A stretch of DNA of 64,000 bases, taken from NCBI RefSeq assembly GCF_006345805.1, contig NC_042999.1, positions 122,760,001 to 122,824,000 on the forward strand, in the 5' to 3' direction. The stretch is from Octopus sinensis. Its lineage: Eukaryota. The notes below the pieces were generated by a model. The model ran no database searches. It was not told the origin of the DNA and worked only from the letters and a program-made list of their open reading frames with translations. How positions within the stretch are numbered: the stretch's first letter is position 1; each line of letters opens with the position of its first letter. The translations under genes and the position numbers were made by a program. Shown one piece after another: positions 10,832 through 23,545 of the stretch.

Positions 10832-11330
10832 AATACAATACAATATAATAGAATATAAAATAATGTGATATGGTATAATATAATATTAAAAAAAGAAGTA
10901 CATATGACCAATTTTTGTTTTATTTTGTTATTCTTAATTGTTGATATTTAGAGTTTTAATTTTAAATTTCATTCATTTTATTATATTGCAATTACAATAC
11001 AATAGAATATAAAATAATACAATATGATATGATATAATATAATATAAAAAAAGCACGTATGACTAATTTTTATTTTATTATTTTGTTATAATCTTTGATT
11101 TTTTAGAGTCTTAATTTCATATTTTTATTTCTTTATTTATATTTTTATTTATTGAATTTACTACAGTGTATTTACAATACAATATAATAAAATATAAAAT
11201 AATTTGATATGATATAATATATTAAAAAAATAAGCACATATGACTAATTTTTGTTTTATTATTTTGTTATTTTTAATTGCTGATTTTTAGAGTTTTAATT
11301 TAATATTCTTGCTTATTTATTTTTTACTTA
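10832..11330. repeat. AT-rich tandem repeat, about 3 diverged units of ~160-185 bp
   Basis: Recurring unit tacaatacaata..aatataaaataat..gatat.gtataatat..aaaaa..atgac.aattttt..ttttagagt near 10832, 10992 and 11173. Confidence 0.75.
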
Positions 11331-11526
11331 TATTTACATTAATTTCTTTATTCTAAATCTTTTGTAGCTTAAGAAAATACTTCTTATTTCAATAACTGCC
11401 TACAATTTTTTCCTATTTCAATAACCCTTTTTAGATATCTTTATAATTATATATTGTATTTTCCACTACAGCCCTTTGTTATAATAACAACATTCACAAA
11501 TCTCAGAATAGTAACAGAAAGGAATT

Positions 11527-11943
11527 AGGCAGCGAGCTGGCAGAAACGTTAGCATGCTGGGTGAAATGCTTAGCTGTATTTTGTCTGCCACTACATTCTG
11601 AGTTCAAATTCCACCGAGGTCGACTTTGCCTTTCATCCTTCGGGGCTGATTAAATAAGTACCAGTTACATACTGGGGTCGATATAATCATCTTAATCCAT
11701 TTGTCTGTCCTTGTTTGTCCCCTCTGTGTTTAGCCCCTTGTGGTTAGTAAAGAAATAGGTATTTCGTCTGCCGCTACATTCTGAGTTCAAATTCCACTGA
11801 GGTCAACTTTGCCTTTCATCCTTTCTGGGTCGATTAAATAAGTACCAGTTACGTACTGGGGTTGATATAATCGACTTAATCTGTTTGTCTGTCCTTGTTT
11901 GTCCCCTCTGTGTGTAGCCCCTTGTGGGCAGTAAAGAGATACA
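11527..11943 (+). mobile_element. SINE family C variant, partial tandem dimer with a different 3' tail
   Basis: Body 11576-11758 is repeated at 11759-11940. A single 14-bp TSD taacagaaaggaat (11512-11525 / 11944-11957) flanks the whole unit. Confidence 0.9.
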
Positions 11944-12342
11944 TAACAGAAAGGAATCGTAGGAATACCGTGATGAATATTCAGCTCTCCTTCTGAACAG
12001 AGAGAGTGTGACTAAAGGGTTGAAGGTTTACTTTACAATCACAAGGTCCTTGATTTGATTCTACTATGCAGAGGCACATTAGATGGATTGAACCTGTAAA
12101 CAAGATCCAGCCTTGTCACAGTGTCATGCTGATTCTGCCCAAAGATTTCAGTAAGGATACACATGTCTGTGGAATACTCAGTCTTTTATATTTGATTTAA
12201 TAATTAGGTAGTTCAGTTGATTAAACAACTGAATACTCATTAAATTCCTTAAAGTTTATTTACTGTCATTCTAAGAATTTTCCTTTTTATTTATAAATTC
12301 AAACACACAAGATTGATATAGATACATAGATAACATCACCTT

Positions 12343-12467
12343 GATCATCTTGACTGACCAGCCCGTCGGGCATTCATTTGCCACCACTGGTCACAGCATT
12401 CTGTCCACTCCTCTCTGGATCGCGCCTTTCTCATCCACGTAATCCCAATCACCCTCCTGAAATCATA
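12343..12467 (-). mobile_element. RTE-clade LINE 3' end fragment
   Basis: Minus translation DFRRVIGITWMRKARSREEWTECCDQW resembles the RTE C-terminal W..xA.xR..W motif. Confidence 0.6.
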
Positions 12468-12530
12468 ACTCAATGGTAGTGAAACATAGATAACATATCT
12501 ACTTAAATATAAATATTCTTTATATAAAAC

Positions 12531-12563
<33 letters not shown>

Positions 12564-13033
12564 CGTGTGTGTATGTATGCATGTTACACACATGCACACA
12601 TACACACACACGTAGGTAGATAGATATAGATACATAAACATATCTACATAAATATACTTTATATAAAACTATGTGTGTGTGTTACACACAAATGCATGCA
12701 CACACACTCACACACATACATGTAGATAGATTAATATAGATACATAGGTAAACACATCTACATAATATACTTCATATAAAACATGCATATATATGTATGT
12801 GTATTACACACACATAAGCATGCACACACATATACACATGCACACACACACATACATACTCAAATATATGTAAACCTGGTATGCACCCATAGTTGTGTGG
12901 TTACAAAATTTGCTTCACAACCAAGTAGTTTAGGACTTGATCCAACTGTGTGACACCTTTGTTTATTACTATTGCTTCAGTTTGGCAAACACTTTCTGAG
13001 TAGAATTTAGTGAACTGAAACTGTGCAGAAGCA

Positions 13034-13434
13034 GGTGCAGAAGTGGCTGTGTCATAAGTAGCTTGCTTACCAACCACATGGTTCCGGATTCAGTCCGACT
13101 GCATGGCACCTTGGGCAAATGTCTTCTACTATAGCCTTGAGCCAACCAAAGCCTTGTGAGTGGATTTGGTAGACAGAAACTGAAAGAAGCCCATCGTATA
13201 TATGTATGTATATGTATATATATATGTGTGTGTGTCTGTTTGTCCCCCCAACATCACTTGACAACCGATGGTGGTGTGTTTACATCCCTGTAAATTAGCA
13301 GTTCGGCAAAAGAGACCGATAAAATAAGTACTAGGCTTCCAAAGAATAAGTCCTGGGGGCGATTTTCTCGACTAAAGGTGGTGCTCCAGCATAGCCGCAG
13401 TCAAATGACTGAAACAAGTAAAAGAGTAAAAGAG
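13034..13434 (+). mobile_element. SINE family A, full length (preceded by an older degenerate head at about 12880-13032)
   Basis: Aligns by eye with 3675-4082 along its length. Confidence 0.9.
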
Positions 13435-13835
13435 TCAAGAGTAAGTCTGATGTTTGTGTTTGCATATAATCAATGTAAATACCTTAGAGTATTTACAAAC
13501 TTAAGCAGAGGTAATTCAATGAGTGAACTAAAAGTTTTGATAAAGATCAATACCCAAGTACCATATTAAGCACTGGGTCAATACAATACTAAAAATCCCG
13601 GAAGACAAAGCTCAGCAGAGATATAGTCCAATAATGGTAACCAGTAAAAATGTAAAAATAAAGCAAATTTAGATAGAAGTAGAACTATATTGTTAGGGTA
13701 TGTATAGTAGTGACGAAGCATTGGTACACCTTGAGTTAGGTGGTAGTGTAACACCATCCAGAAGTTTACAAGTACACTCCTACACATTGATTAAGTGACA
13801 TGCCATAACATTGAAGCAGTTATTGTTATTTTTTT

Positions 13836-14215
13836 TGTCAGTTTCAGCTGAAAGCTGTGGCCATGCTGGGGTACCACCATTTTGCTACACTGTTATTATT
13901 GAGAGCCTTCTCTGATACGTGACATTTGGTGAATGAGGGAGTTTGATGTCACTGCCCTCATTTGCATCTCCTACCACAAGATAGGTTCATCTGGGTCTCT
14001 TAACAGGAAGAGATATAGTTTTGATTTGAAAGCACCTACATCCACTTCGTGTAGGTCCCGCAAGCTGTTACAGTAGCTTGTCCTGAAGCACGATGGCATT
14101 GCTGGCATCTTTGGCACTGTGCAGTGTCAACCTGTTCCAGCATTTGTGTAGCTTTCAATGCCAAAATTCGGCACAATCTTTTCCAGGATCGTCCAGATGT
14201 ATATTACTAGATATG
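13836..14215 (-). mobile_element. CR1-group LINE 3' end
   Basis: Minus translation YLVIYIWTILEKIVPNFG...G*HCTVP...VGAFKSKLYLFLLRDPDEP...RAVTSNSLIHQ resembles a CR1-group ORF2 C-terminus. 3' tail ggtggtaccccagcatggccacagc..ctgaaact. Confidence 0.75.
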
Positions 14216-14301
14216 ATGATATAATTTCTACTTCAAGGTTACTGATTAATCAACGATGTTTCTATTGTACATGTAGTTAAAATATATATATAATTTTTTT
14301 C

Positions 14302-14514
14302 CTTTTTCTTGTTTCAATCATTAAACTGCGGTTGAACGGGGACACTACTGGGAAGAATTTTTAGTTGAATGAATTGACTCCTGTACTTAAATTTTTTGCT
14401 AAGACTGGTACTTCTTCTATTGGTCCCTTTTGCCAAACTACTAAGTTATGGCGATGTAAACACACCAACACCGGTTGTGAAGTGGGGGATGAGACAAACA
14501 CAGACACAAAGACT

Positions 14515-14546
<32 letters not shown>

Positions 14547-14895
14547 CTACCTACTGAGACTTTATAAAAGTAAAAGAGAGAGAGACAGAAAAAAAGGAAA
14601 ATGTCCTACCTATATTTGAAGACTATGAAAATACTTTAAAAAAAACAATGACTGACAAAGAAGATAAGCTCCCAAGTGGACATAGCCAGGTTACCAGTGA
14701 TTTTGAATTTTGCTACTAAGCCTCTTCATTCTCATTGGTGGCTCTTACATACACACACATACACACACACACATATACAACAGTTTCCATCAACCAAAAA
14801 CACCCACAAGGCTTTGGTCAGCCCAAGACTATAGTAGAAGACACTTGCCCAATGTGCCATGCAGTATAGAATGGAACCCAACACCATGGGGTTAG
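14302..14895 (-). mobile_element. Diverged SINE family A fragments (tail 14302-14530, head 14780-14895)
   Basis: Reverse-complement similarity to family A tail and head motifs. Confidence 0.7.
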
Positions 14896-15207
14896 AAAGT
14901 CACTGTAATCATTACAGTGTGTGTGTGAAATAGTTCACCTGTACACCATGATTTCTATTCTACATAACATTTCGTTAAACTTGCACATGATCATTCCAGA
15001 AACCATGTGGGAAGCATTTATTTTTTAAAATTCAATATCTGAACATGATGCCTTAATTATGCATTCTTGTCAATATTTATTTCTATAAAATGGGTAAAAA
15101 TTGCAGATAATAGATTAATTTCTTATAAGGTCTTTCTGAATCTATTAGCTGTTTCTATTTTGATAATGACATTTACAAATATTTAATGTTATTGTAACAT
15201 GTATTAA

Positions 15208-15467
15208 GTGGAGGTGCGTGGCTTAGTGGTTAGGGTGTCAGCATCATGATCGTAAGATTGTGGTTTCGATTTCTGGACCGGGCGATGCTTTGTGTTCTTG
15301 AGCAAAACACTTCATTTCACGTTGCTCCAGTTCACTCAGCTGGCAAAAATGAGTAACACTTTGATGGACTCATGTCCCATCCAGCTGTGGAACACATATT
15401 CCATAGAAACCAGGAAACCAGGCCCATGCGCCTGGCTAGGCTTTAAAAGGGTGCATTTATTATTTTT
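15208..15467 (+). mobile_element. SINE family B
   Basis: A box tggcttagtgg, B box gtttcgatttc; 12-bp TSD taacatgtatta (15195-15206 / 15468-15479). Confidence 0.9.
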
Positions 15468-16818
15468 TAACATGTATTACCATCAGTTACTGTATTATCA
15501 TTAATGACCTTATCATAATCATTGTTACAGTATAGATGACATACTTAAATTGTAAAATGGTTTTTAAACATTCTTTAGCTACCCTATACACCCTAGCTTT
15601 TACTTATGTGAGCCATTTTACTGAATTCAGAAGTGAACTTGTGATAAATTCTTTATTACACATATGAGACTAGCTTCTTTGGGTATTGATTATTGATTTT
15701 AAAAGTCTAGGACTGGTCATAAGCTTATTTTAATATTTTAACAAACTTATGACCAATATCTTTTTTTTATATTTTATATTTTAAGCTTATGACAAATATC
15801 TTTTTAATATTTTATATTTTTTATATCATATTCTTTATAAAGCAAAGAATTTAATCTTTCTGTACATTGGCAAATTGTTTATAGAACTGTTGTTATTGGC
15901 ATTACTAATTATTACAAAATCTAATTTCAAATGAGTCTATTTTTATGCCTTCTTTGTGAATTAATCATCAAATTCGATATTTAATGATGAAATAAAATTC
16001 AACAATGACAGACATATTTAAATAAGTAATGGTATTTCAATGTCATTGGTTTCCCTTGCTTTTCTGATGAAACAAAACATAATTGTAGACTTCCCAATGA
16101 ATAACTGCTCAGCTTATGTGAATTTTATTTCAAACATATGTGAAAGTGAATATCATTTACATGACTTTAGTTTATCAATGCACTCCAAATAAAACATAAT
16201 ATAGAAACCATTTTTAAAAAAATAGACAAATTAATTTTTAATATATATGCACTTTTGGAACAGATAGTCAGAGATAATACCAAAATAAACTTCCTTGGTA
16301 GATATATTAAATTTAGTAAATAGTTTGTAATATCAAGACAGAAATATTTAATGTATCAAAGTAAAAGATAATAAGATAGTTTATTATTTTAAGAATAAAT
16401 TTGCCTATGTCTAAAGCTATATGCAATAAATAAAAATATAAATTACAATATTTGATTGCTGTTGAGATTGAGCTTAAATCTACTGGACAAAACTAGGTTT
16501 GATGCATTTTGAAGAGAATGAAATGACTTAGAAAATATCTAAGGTAAATTGTTTCTTTAGATGTGTACATCTGTGTAAAAAAGTGAAACAGATAATGTTT
16601 AAGTTTCAGAAATGTTTAATTTAATAATGTGTAAGGTATGAGGTTCACTAATGAATAATTTTCAAAATTAGCTTTTAAACTTTTCATATAAATACAGTTA
16701 CATCTTGGGCATTGCCTGATTTTATTTATTTATTTATCTTATAAAGTTTTCTGATAATGCATCTTCATTTGTATCAGTATCATTTCTCACATTAAAAATA
16801 TGTGTATGTGTGCGTATA

Positions 16819-16873
<55 letters not shown>

Positions 16874-19800
16874 TAATGAAATAAATTGATTTTTCATCTA
16901 TTTAATTTTATATTAATATTTTAAAAACCAATTTCAATATTCAAGTGATGTGTTTTAAAAATTAATCAACAAAGAGTTATGATTTGGGGTTATGTCTGTA
17001 AAATTCACATCATATTTTACTGAAATATGAAAGATAAACATTTTGGTTCTTCATCACTTTGCGAATAAGTTTTTCATTTTATAAATTAAGCAGTCACAGT
17101 TATCTAAATAAAGAAATCCATTAGTGCATCTTTATAACCCTTTTTTAATAGCACTAATGATAGTCAGTTTATCATTTTCAACAAGTTATGATACACAAAT
17201 TTAATTCTATATTTCACATCTAGTTTCATTTCTCTGATGCAATGCAAAAATAGATAATATCAAATAAATATGTGTATACTGAACTTGCTTTTCTTTTCTA
17301 ACTTACCAAAAAGGGTTCTTAATTCAAATGTATATAATATCTAGTATCTACTCTGTAAGTCTAAAATTAGAAATTGGTAGAAAACAGATTTGGTAGAAAA
17401 AGTAATTCAATGTATTGCAGCATTTAGTTCTACTTCATGTTGCCTTTACTTCACTTTTCACCCTTACAACATCAATAAGTCAATGCCAGTCAAGTACTGA
17501 GGTAAATTTAATCAAATGTTCCATTTCCAAAATAACTTCTAATCTTGATTTTACCTTATACACAAAGAAAGGCAGCAGAGGGACAACAATTGTTGAATGA
17601 TGGACTGAAACTGTAGTATTTAGCTTTGTCTACAATTTAAGTTCAAATTCCATTGCAATTGGCATTACTTTCATCCAGTCAGAGTAGAAGAAAAAGATCC
17701 AGCTTTGTACTGAGGCCAAGTCAATCATCTGAAATTTGTAGTCATGTGCCAATGGGAAAAATCAATATGTATTTTTATCTTCAAAAGTATATCTTTGTAG
17801 GTAATCTGAAATTTCTTTCTTATATACAATATGAAGTAGTTTATGTACTCTCATACATGGTTACTCCATAAAATAACCAATAGAAATTCTAGCTGTAACA
17901 AAGAATACCAATCTTCATAAATCTCATAGATTTGTGAGCTTTCTGTTGTAAAAATTACCAACACAAATATTTAAGATACTTTCAGAGTCTCTTTAAATGG
18001 TTTATTTTGGTTAGTACTGCAAAATCTTGAGTTAGGCACTACTTTTATGAGCCCCTAAGGCGAAAATTGTTAACTAAACATGTTTCTGATCAGATAACAT
18101 ATCAACTTTTTTCAGTTTCCTCCTGCTTAAATTGTAAAAGAAAACTGTCAAACATGTTCCAAATATTTTTAATTTTGTGATTTCTTCCCAAAATACTTTG
18201 TGAACTGACAATTGTTTATGTTTCTGTAGCAGTTTTCTCAAATATCAATTTTGAGCTTACTTTCACAACTAGGTTTCACAATATTGAACTTCCACTCAAT
18301 AGGGAATAAACATGGGGATAACTTATACAACCTTGCCAAATTACTACATAATGTCAACATTCTCTTCTACATTCTTTTGAATTCAGTTATATTTTATATC
18401 ATTTGTTAATACAAAAGTCATCTACATTTTACACTTCAAATAATTTTTTTCAAAATTTTCCCCTGATTAATTGGTAGAAAGAAACACAGAACCAAATCTC
18501 CAGTCTTGTTATTTTTTTCTAGTTTTTATTATTACTTTTTTTTACATATTTATTGTTTTCCCTCACCCTTTGCAGCAAAAATCATTCCACAAGATTATAA
18601 ATTGTCAAATACAATTATATAGTGATTTTTATCATATATTCAATTCAAAATAACACACATCAAAAAATATTGTATATTTTTTGTTGTGGAAAATATATAT
18701 ATTCTAAGTTACTAAATAGTTATTAGGAATATGATATTGGTGCTTTGTATCATTAACTGAAGTTAATTGTGAACCATAAAGAAAGTTTGGTAAACCAACA
18801 ATCTGTATAGATCTATAAAAATATAACCAACAAATAAAATATCAATGATACTTTTCTTTCATATAATGTATATGTATTTATGTATATACACATACATGCA
18901 TACAAACACTACATGCATATATATGTACATCATTAATTGTGGCACTTTTGTAATTCATTATTGTAAGTTTGTGGGCATATTAAATTTTGCTTGTATGCAT
19001 GCATTATATATTCTGTATGATATTTTTAATATAATCCACATAAGTTAGAGTAATTAGAATAGAACAAGCCTTTCCATCGATTATTTGTATCTCATTCATA
19101 TTTGAAAATGTTGAAACTGAAAAAGGTCAATGTCCTCATCAAAAATATTCTTTGAACACACTTTGTAGCACATAAGAACTTAAATGAATATTGTTTTAGC
19201 TCTAATTTGGAAGACATTCAGTATTTGTGACTAAGCAAAGTATCTTTGTCAAATTAAGAGCAACAATCAAATCAAGTCAATTTCTTGTTCCTTACACTCA
19301 CTACCATTAAGTGGAATTAATTGATATCACAACATAATCAATTTCTCTAAACCAGAACATTAGTTTAATCTAAGCGATAGTTTTCGACACCGCCCTAAAC
19401 AAGGTTTACTCCAATTCAACCAATATCTGACTTAATCAATAGTTCTTCTTAGCATATCAAACATTTGAGAACCGCGTCTCAGGCAGTTTTCCAATAATGT
19501 CATCATATATTCAGTATCCAAACTTATAAATACCTTAATTCCAATGCATTTGCTATTATCTAGAAAACAAATTAGAAAGTAATTGAAAGTATCTTTAATG
19601 AATTTTATTCACCAGTTCTGTTTTTAGATTTTATTTCCATTTTGCATTTATAATTTGAAAATATTATGCAAATGATATTCATTATAATGAAAAATATTAG
19701 ATGTACTCTTAAAATGTACTGTATAAATCTTTGGCTTGGACATTCTTCATTTGTAAAATGTGATTATATGCAGAGAGTTCTATCTACAGACAAATATGTT

Positions 19801-20350
19801 CTATATGTGGTTATATTCTAGTTCTTATCTGATTGGTGATAATTTATGTCATTTAATTGTAGAGTAAGTAAAAGAGTTAAAAATTAATCTCAGTGGTTTT
19901 GAATTCAAAGGTGGTAAATAATCATTAAACATCATAAAACCCTAATCTTATTCTCAACTCTTCAATAATAATTCTATTATCTGTCCTGGAAGAAAATTAT
20001 GATCTAGGTTATAAAGTGAAGTCTTTTCCATGGGCTACTAAACAGTTTGAAGTATTTTTGAAACACTTAGTAACAGATATTGTTCACTGTGTACATTTCA
20101 AAATGATACTAATTATTAAACATCATTTCTTGCTGTCAAGCCAACTGAAAACTCTGATTACTACACTATGAAGGCATTTGATTGTATCATAGTCTAGTAT
20201 TGTTAACTGGATTATTAGTAAAATAAATCAAATATTTGTAACTGTAAAAAGTGAGAAAGTGGAAGTTGCTATGAGACTGTTGATGTTAGTATTAACTAAA
20301 AAGGACATCTAAGCTTTATTGAGATATCAAAGTGTGCTGTTAGCCTAGAT

Positions 20351-20690
20351 CAGTGGTTCTCAACCAGGGTCCATGGGACCCTGAGAGTCCATGGGACCCT
20401 GAGAGTCCATATGAGATTTGGGGCGGGGGGTCCACACAACAAAATAGGAAATTGGGGATCCACAATAGTATTTTAAGGGCCCCTGAAAAAATTTTGCTTT
20501 AGATCTATGTATTGGTATGTATTGCAAGAAACAGCTAACATTTTACATAGTTCAACTTACACAAGTTAATGTGTGAAAACATTAATAAATAGTATTCTAT
20601 AAAACTAGTTTTTAAACATTGAATGGCAGTGGGTGGGTCCACCAGAAGAAATAGCAATCATAGATAAAAAAGAATGGTTGAGAATCCCTG
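20351..20690. mobile_element. hAT (Charlie-like) MITE
   Basis: TIRs cagtggttctcaacc / ggttgagaatccctg; perfect 8-bp TSD gcctagat (20343-20350 / 20691-20698); short internal tandem duplication gtccatgggaccctgaga. Confidence 0.92.
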
Positions 20691-21190
20691 GCCTAGATCA
20701 TTGGATGTTGATGAATTAGTCTGATCTTTCATTTTTGAATTAATTAATATGTAAAGAGTGGCAGAATACGTAATGAAGAAAATATTTGTTTAAAGTATGG
20801 TCAAAGTATGCAAAGGGGCCATTTGAAAAGTTTCTTTCTGTTTAAATTTTTTGTTGTTCATATCCAGCAACATATACAGTTCTTCTCCAATTTGTACACA
20901 TGAAACTATTTGAATTCAACCCTGAATGCTAACAAAACTTTCATTAACCACCAAATTCTTTTGTGACTTAATAGCAGTGAATTTTAATACTCCGGTTGTT
21001 TATTTACAGTTATGTGCGTTGGTCCATTCGAGAATTAAGCGATTTGCCTATAGCCACAAAACAGCTTTGGGAATTTATTCAATTTTGCAGGCACTCTTTG
21101 ACCTATTTAAAAACTAAGCTTAATTAGGTCCATGATGTTATTCTGTTTAATATCCAAACCCAACACTTTAGTTGTGCCAAAAGAAATATT

Positions 21191-21404
21191 CTTTTCTATT
21201 CTAGGCACAAGGCCCGAAATGTTTGGGGAGGAGGCCAGTCGATTAGATCAACCCCAATGCGCAACTGGTACTTATTTTATCGACCCCGAAAAAATGAAAG
21301 GCAAAGTCAGCCTCAGCAGAATTTGCATTCATAACATAATGACAGACAAAATACCACCAAGCATTTCGCCTGGTGTGCTAATGTTTCTGCCAGCTCGCCG
21401 CCCT
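21191..21404 (-). mobile_element. SINE family C
   Basis: Antisense family C sequence with a 16-bp TSD tgccaaaagaaatatt (21175-21190 / 21405-21420). Confidence 0.9.
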
Positions 21405-21809
21405 TGCCAAAAGAAATATTATTCCAATAATGTGTTGATGGTATCGTTATTGTTGACTGATAAATAACTGTCAGAGAACCCTCCTTTTGAGACTAGTGTT
21501 CAAATATATATCTTGATGTAATCACACCTTGTGACAGCTATTATGTTTCAGGTTGATAACTTAAGATAGATTAGACTGCTGAAGTGAAAAATAGATACTA
21601 TTCTTTCTTTTCTGTCGTGTGATAAATATGCAATCTCCATTTTCAAATATCTTCAATATCTTCTATAATCTTGTTAGCAAAGATACATGTATAAAGTGGG
21701 GTTTTTTTTCTTAATGCTTTTTAAATACATAATAGTGTCATTTTAGAATATCATTATCATAATCATCGTCACCATTTTTGTTGGCATTGTTGCCAGTATC
21801 TATTATTGC

Positions 21810-22003
<194 letters not shown>

Positions 22004-22084
22004 ATTTGAATATTTATTGGAATCTGGGATATATATATATTTGTGTGTGTGTGTGTGTGTGTGTGAGTGTGTATGTATTATTAC

Positions 22085-23545
22085 CATTATTATTTTCTCT
22101 CTATCACAGGTTTTGTTGGAGCTCGTGGAGTCCTGCATGCATAGTGGGTTTACTACCTGCAGTCTATGGTACTATGCTATTCATTCTTTTCAGCTATCTA
22201 ATACCTTCCTGATTGTTCTGGCTGTGCTAAAGAAGCAAACCTTATGTAACAGTTCTAATGAGCACTGTATTCCAATTTCCTTCTTATATTGTTCCTAAGG
22301 ACCCAACAATAATTGACACTGTCTTCACCTTCTTCATTTTCTATAGCCAAGGGTTGTATCTATCTTTTTACTTTCCTTCTTGACTATTTGTGGGTCAAAG
22401 GGGCATGCAACGTCAACTATATAGCATATGTGGTGCACTTTGTCCACCACCACTAGGTCCAGTCTGTTATGCTCTAGCATCTGTTCTGTTTGGATTGGGA
22501 AATCCCAGAGGATTTTGCTAGTCTCTGTCTTTGGCACTCTCTGCAGTTTGTGCTCATACTATGTCTTGCCTCTGTCAAGCCCCCACTTTATGCACAGTTT
22601 CCAATATAGTGCTTTCACTACCTGCTCATGTCGCTACAACTTGTAGTGGCTTGGAGCTATTCTAGGGCATTCATTCGTGATATGGGCAATGGTTTCATCT
22701 ACTCTATTGCAGGTGTGGCACAGCAGAGACACTTGCTCATTCCTTAGGTTGATCCTCCAGTTTGTGGTCAGAGCTTGGTCCTACACTGCCAGTATAATGC
22801 TCTCAATCTCTGTTTTAGGGTTCCTTTAATCAGCCAATCCCACCTATTTTTTCCAGCAACTTCTGTTGTGGCTACATGAACTTGATTGTGTAGTCCTTTG
22901 TTGCATAATTCTTCTTCATGTCCTTTTTGTACTTCTTCCTTTGTTTTTCCCTTTTTTGTTTACTCTCAATACTCCCTCATTCCTAATTGTCACTAGCAAG
23001 GTTTCCTTATTTTGGGCTAGGTATCTCATTAAGCTCTTGAGTTCGATACACATGCAGTCTTCCACACTTATCAGTCCCCTTCCTCCATTCACTCTCTTCA
23101 TGTATAGGGGATCAGTGTCTGCACATGGATGATGGGCTCCATGCATTGGTAGGAGCTTTTTTGACATCCTGTCCATCTCCTTTAGCTCCTCTTCTGTCCA
23201 CTTCAGGATTCACCAAACTGAACTACTGTAACTAGGCGCTAGTTTATTGCTGAAATTATATTTCTGGCATTCAGCTTGAAGCCAATATATTTCTTACTCG
23301 CTGCAGGTACTCTCCTTTTGTCTTCTCCTTCACGTCATGGTGTTTGATTCCATCTGCCTTAAGTATTCCCAGGTATTTTTAGCTGGATTGAGGTTGAGTT
23401 ACCTTCATCATTTCAGCATTTGGCAACCATATGCCTTCTGTCCTGGCAAGCTTTCCTCATTTCATCACCATCGTAGCACATTTTGAGAGTACAAACTCCA
23501 TCTTGATATCATTGGAGAAAATTCACACAGACTGGACTAGGCTTG
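22085..23545 (-). mobile_element. Decayed R4/Dong-clade (restriction-like endonuclease) non-LTR retrotransposon, 5'-truncated
   Basis: Minus-strand motifs: RT end (FSNDIKMEF..SKCA; KYLGI), HPCADTDPLY..R..GGRGL, CCHC knuckle CHTC..ETIAHI..EC, endonuclease ILWDFPIQT..HNR.D.VVVDK...DVACP.D; (TAA)-type tail. Confidence 0.88.

Noticed and set aside
15745-15830. Short tandem duplication (about 39 bp x2; similar cases at 28665-28730 and 49210-49265)
   Set aside because: Ordinary slippage-type local duplications with no spacer structure; not CRISPR-like.
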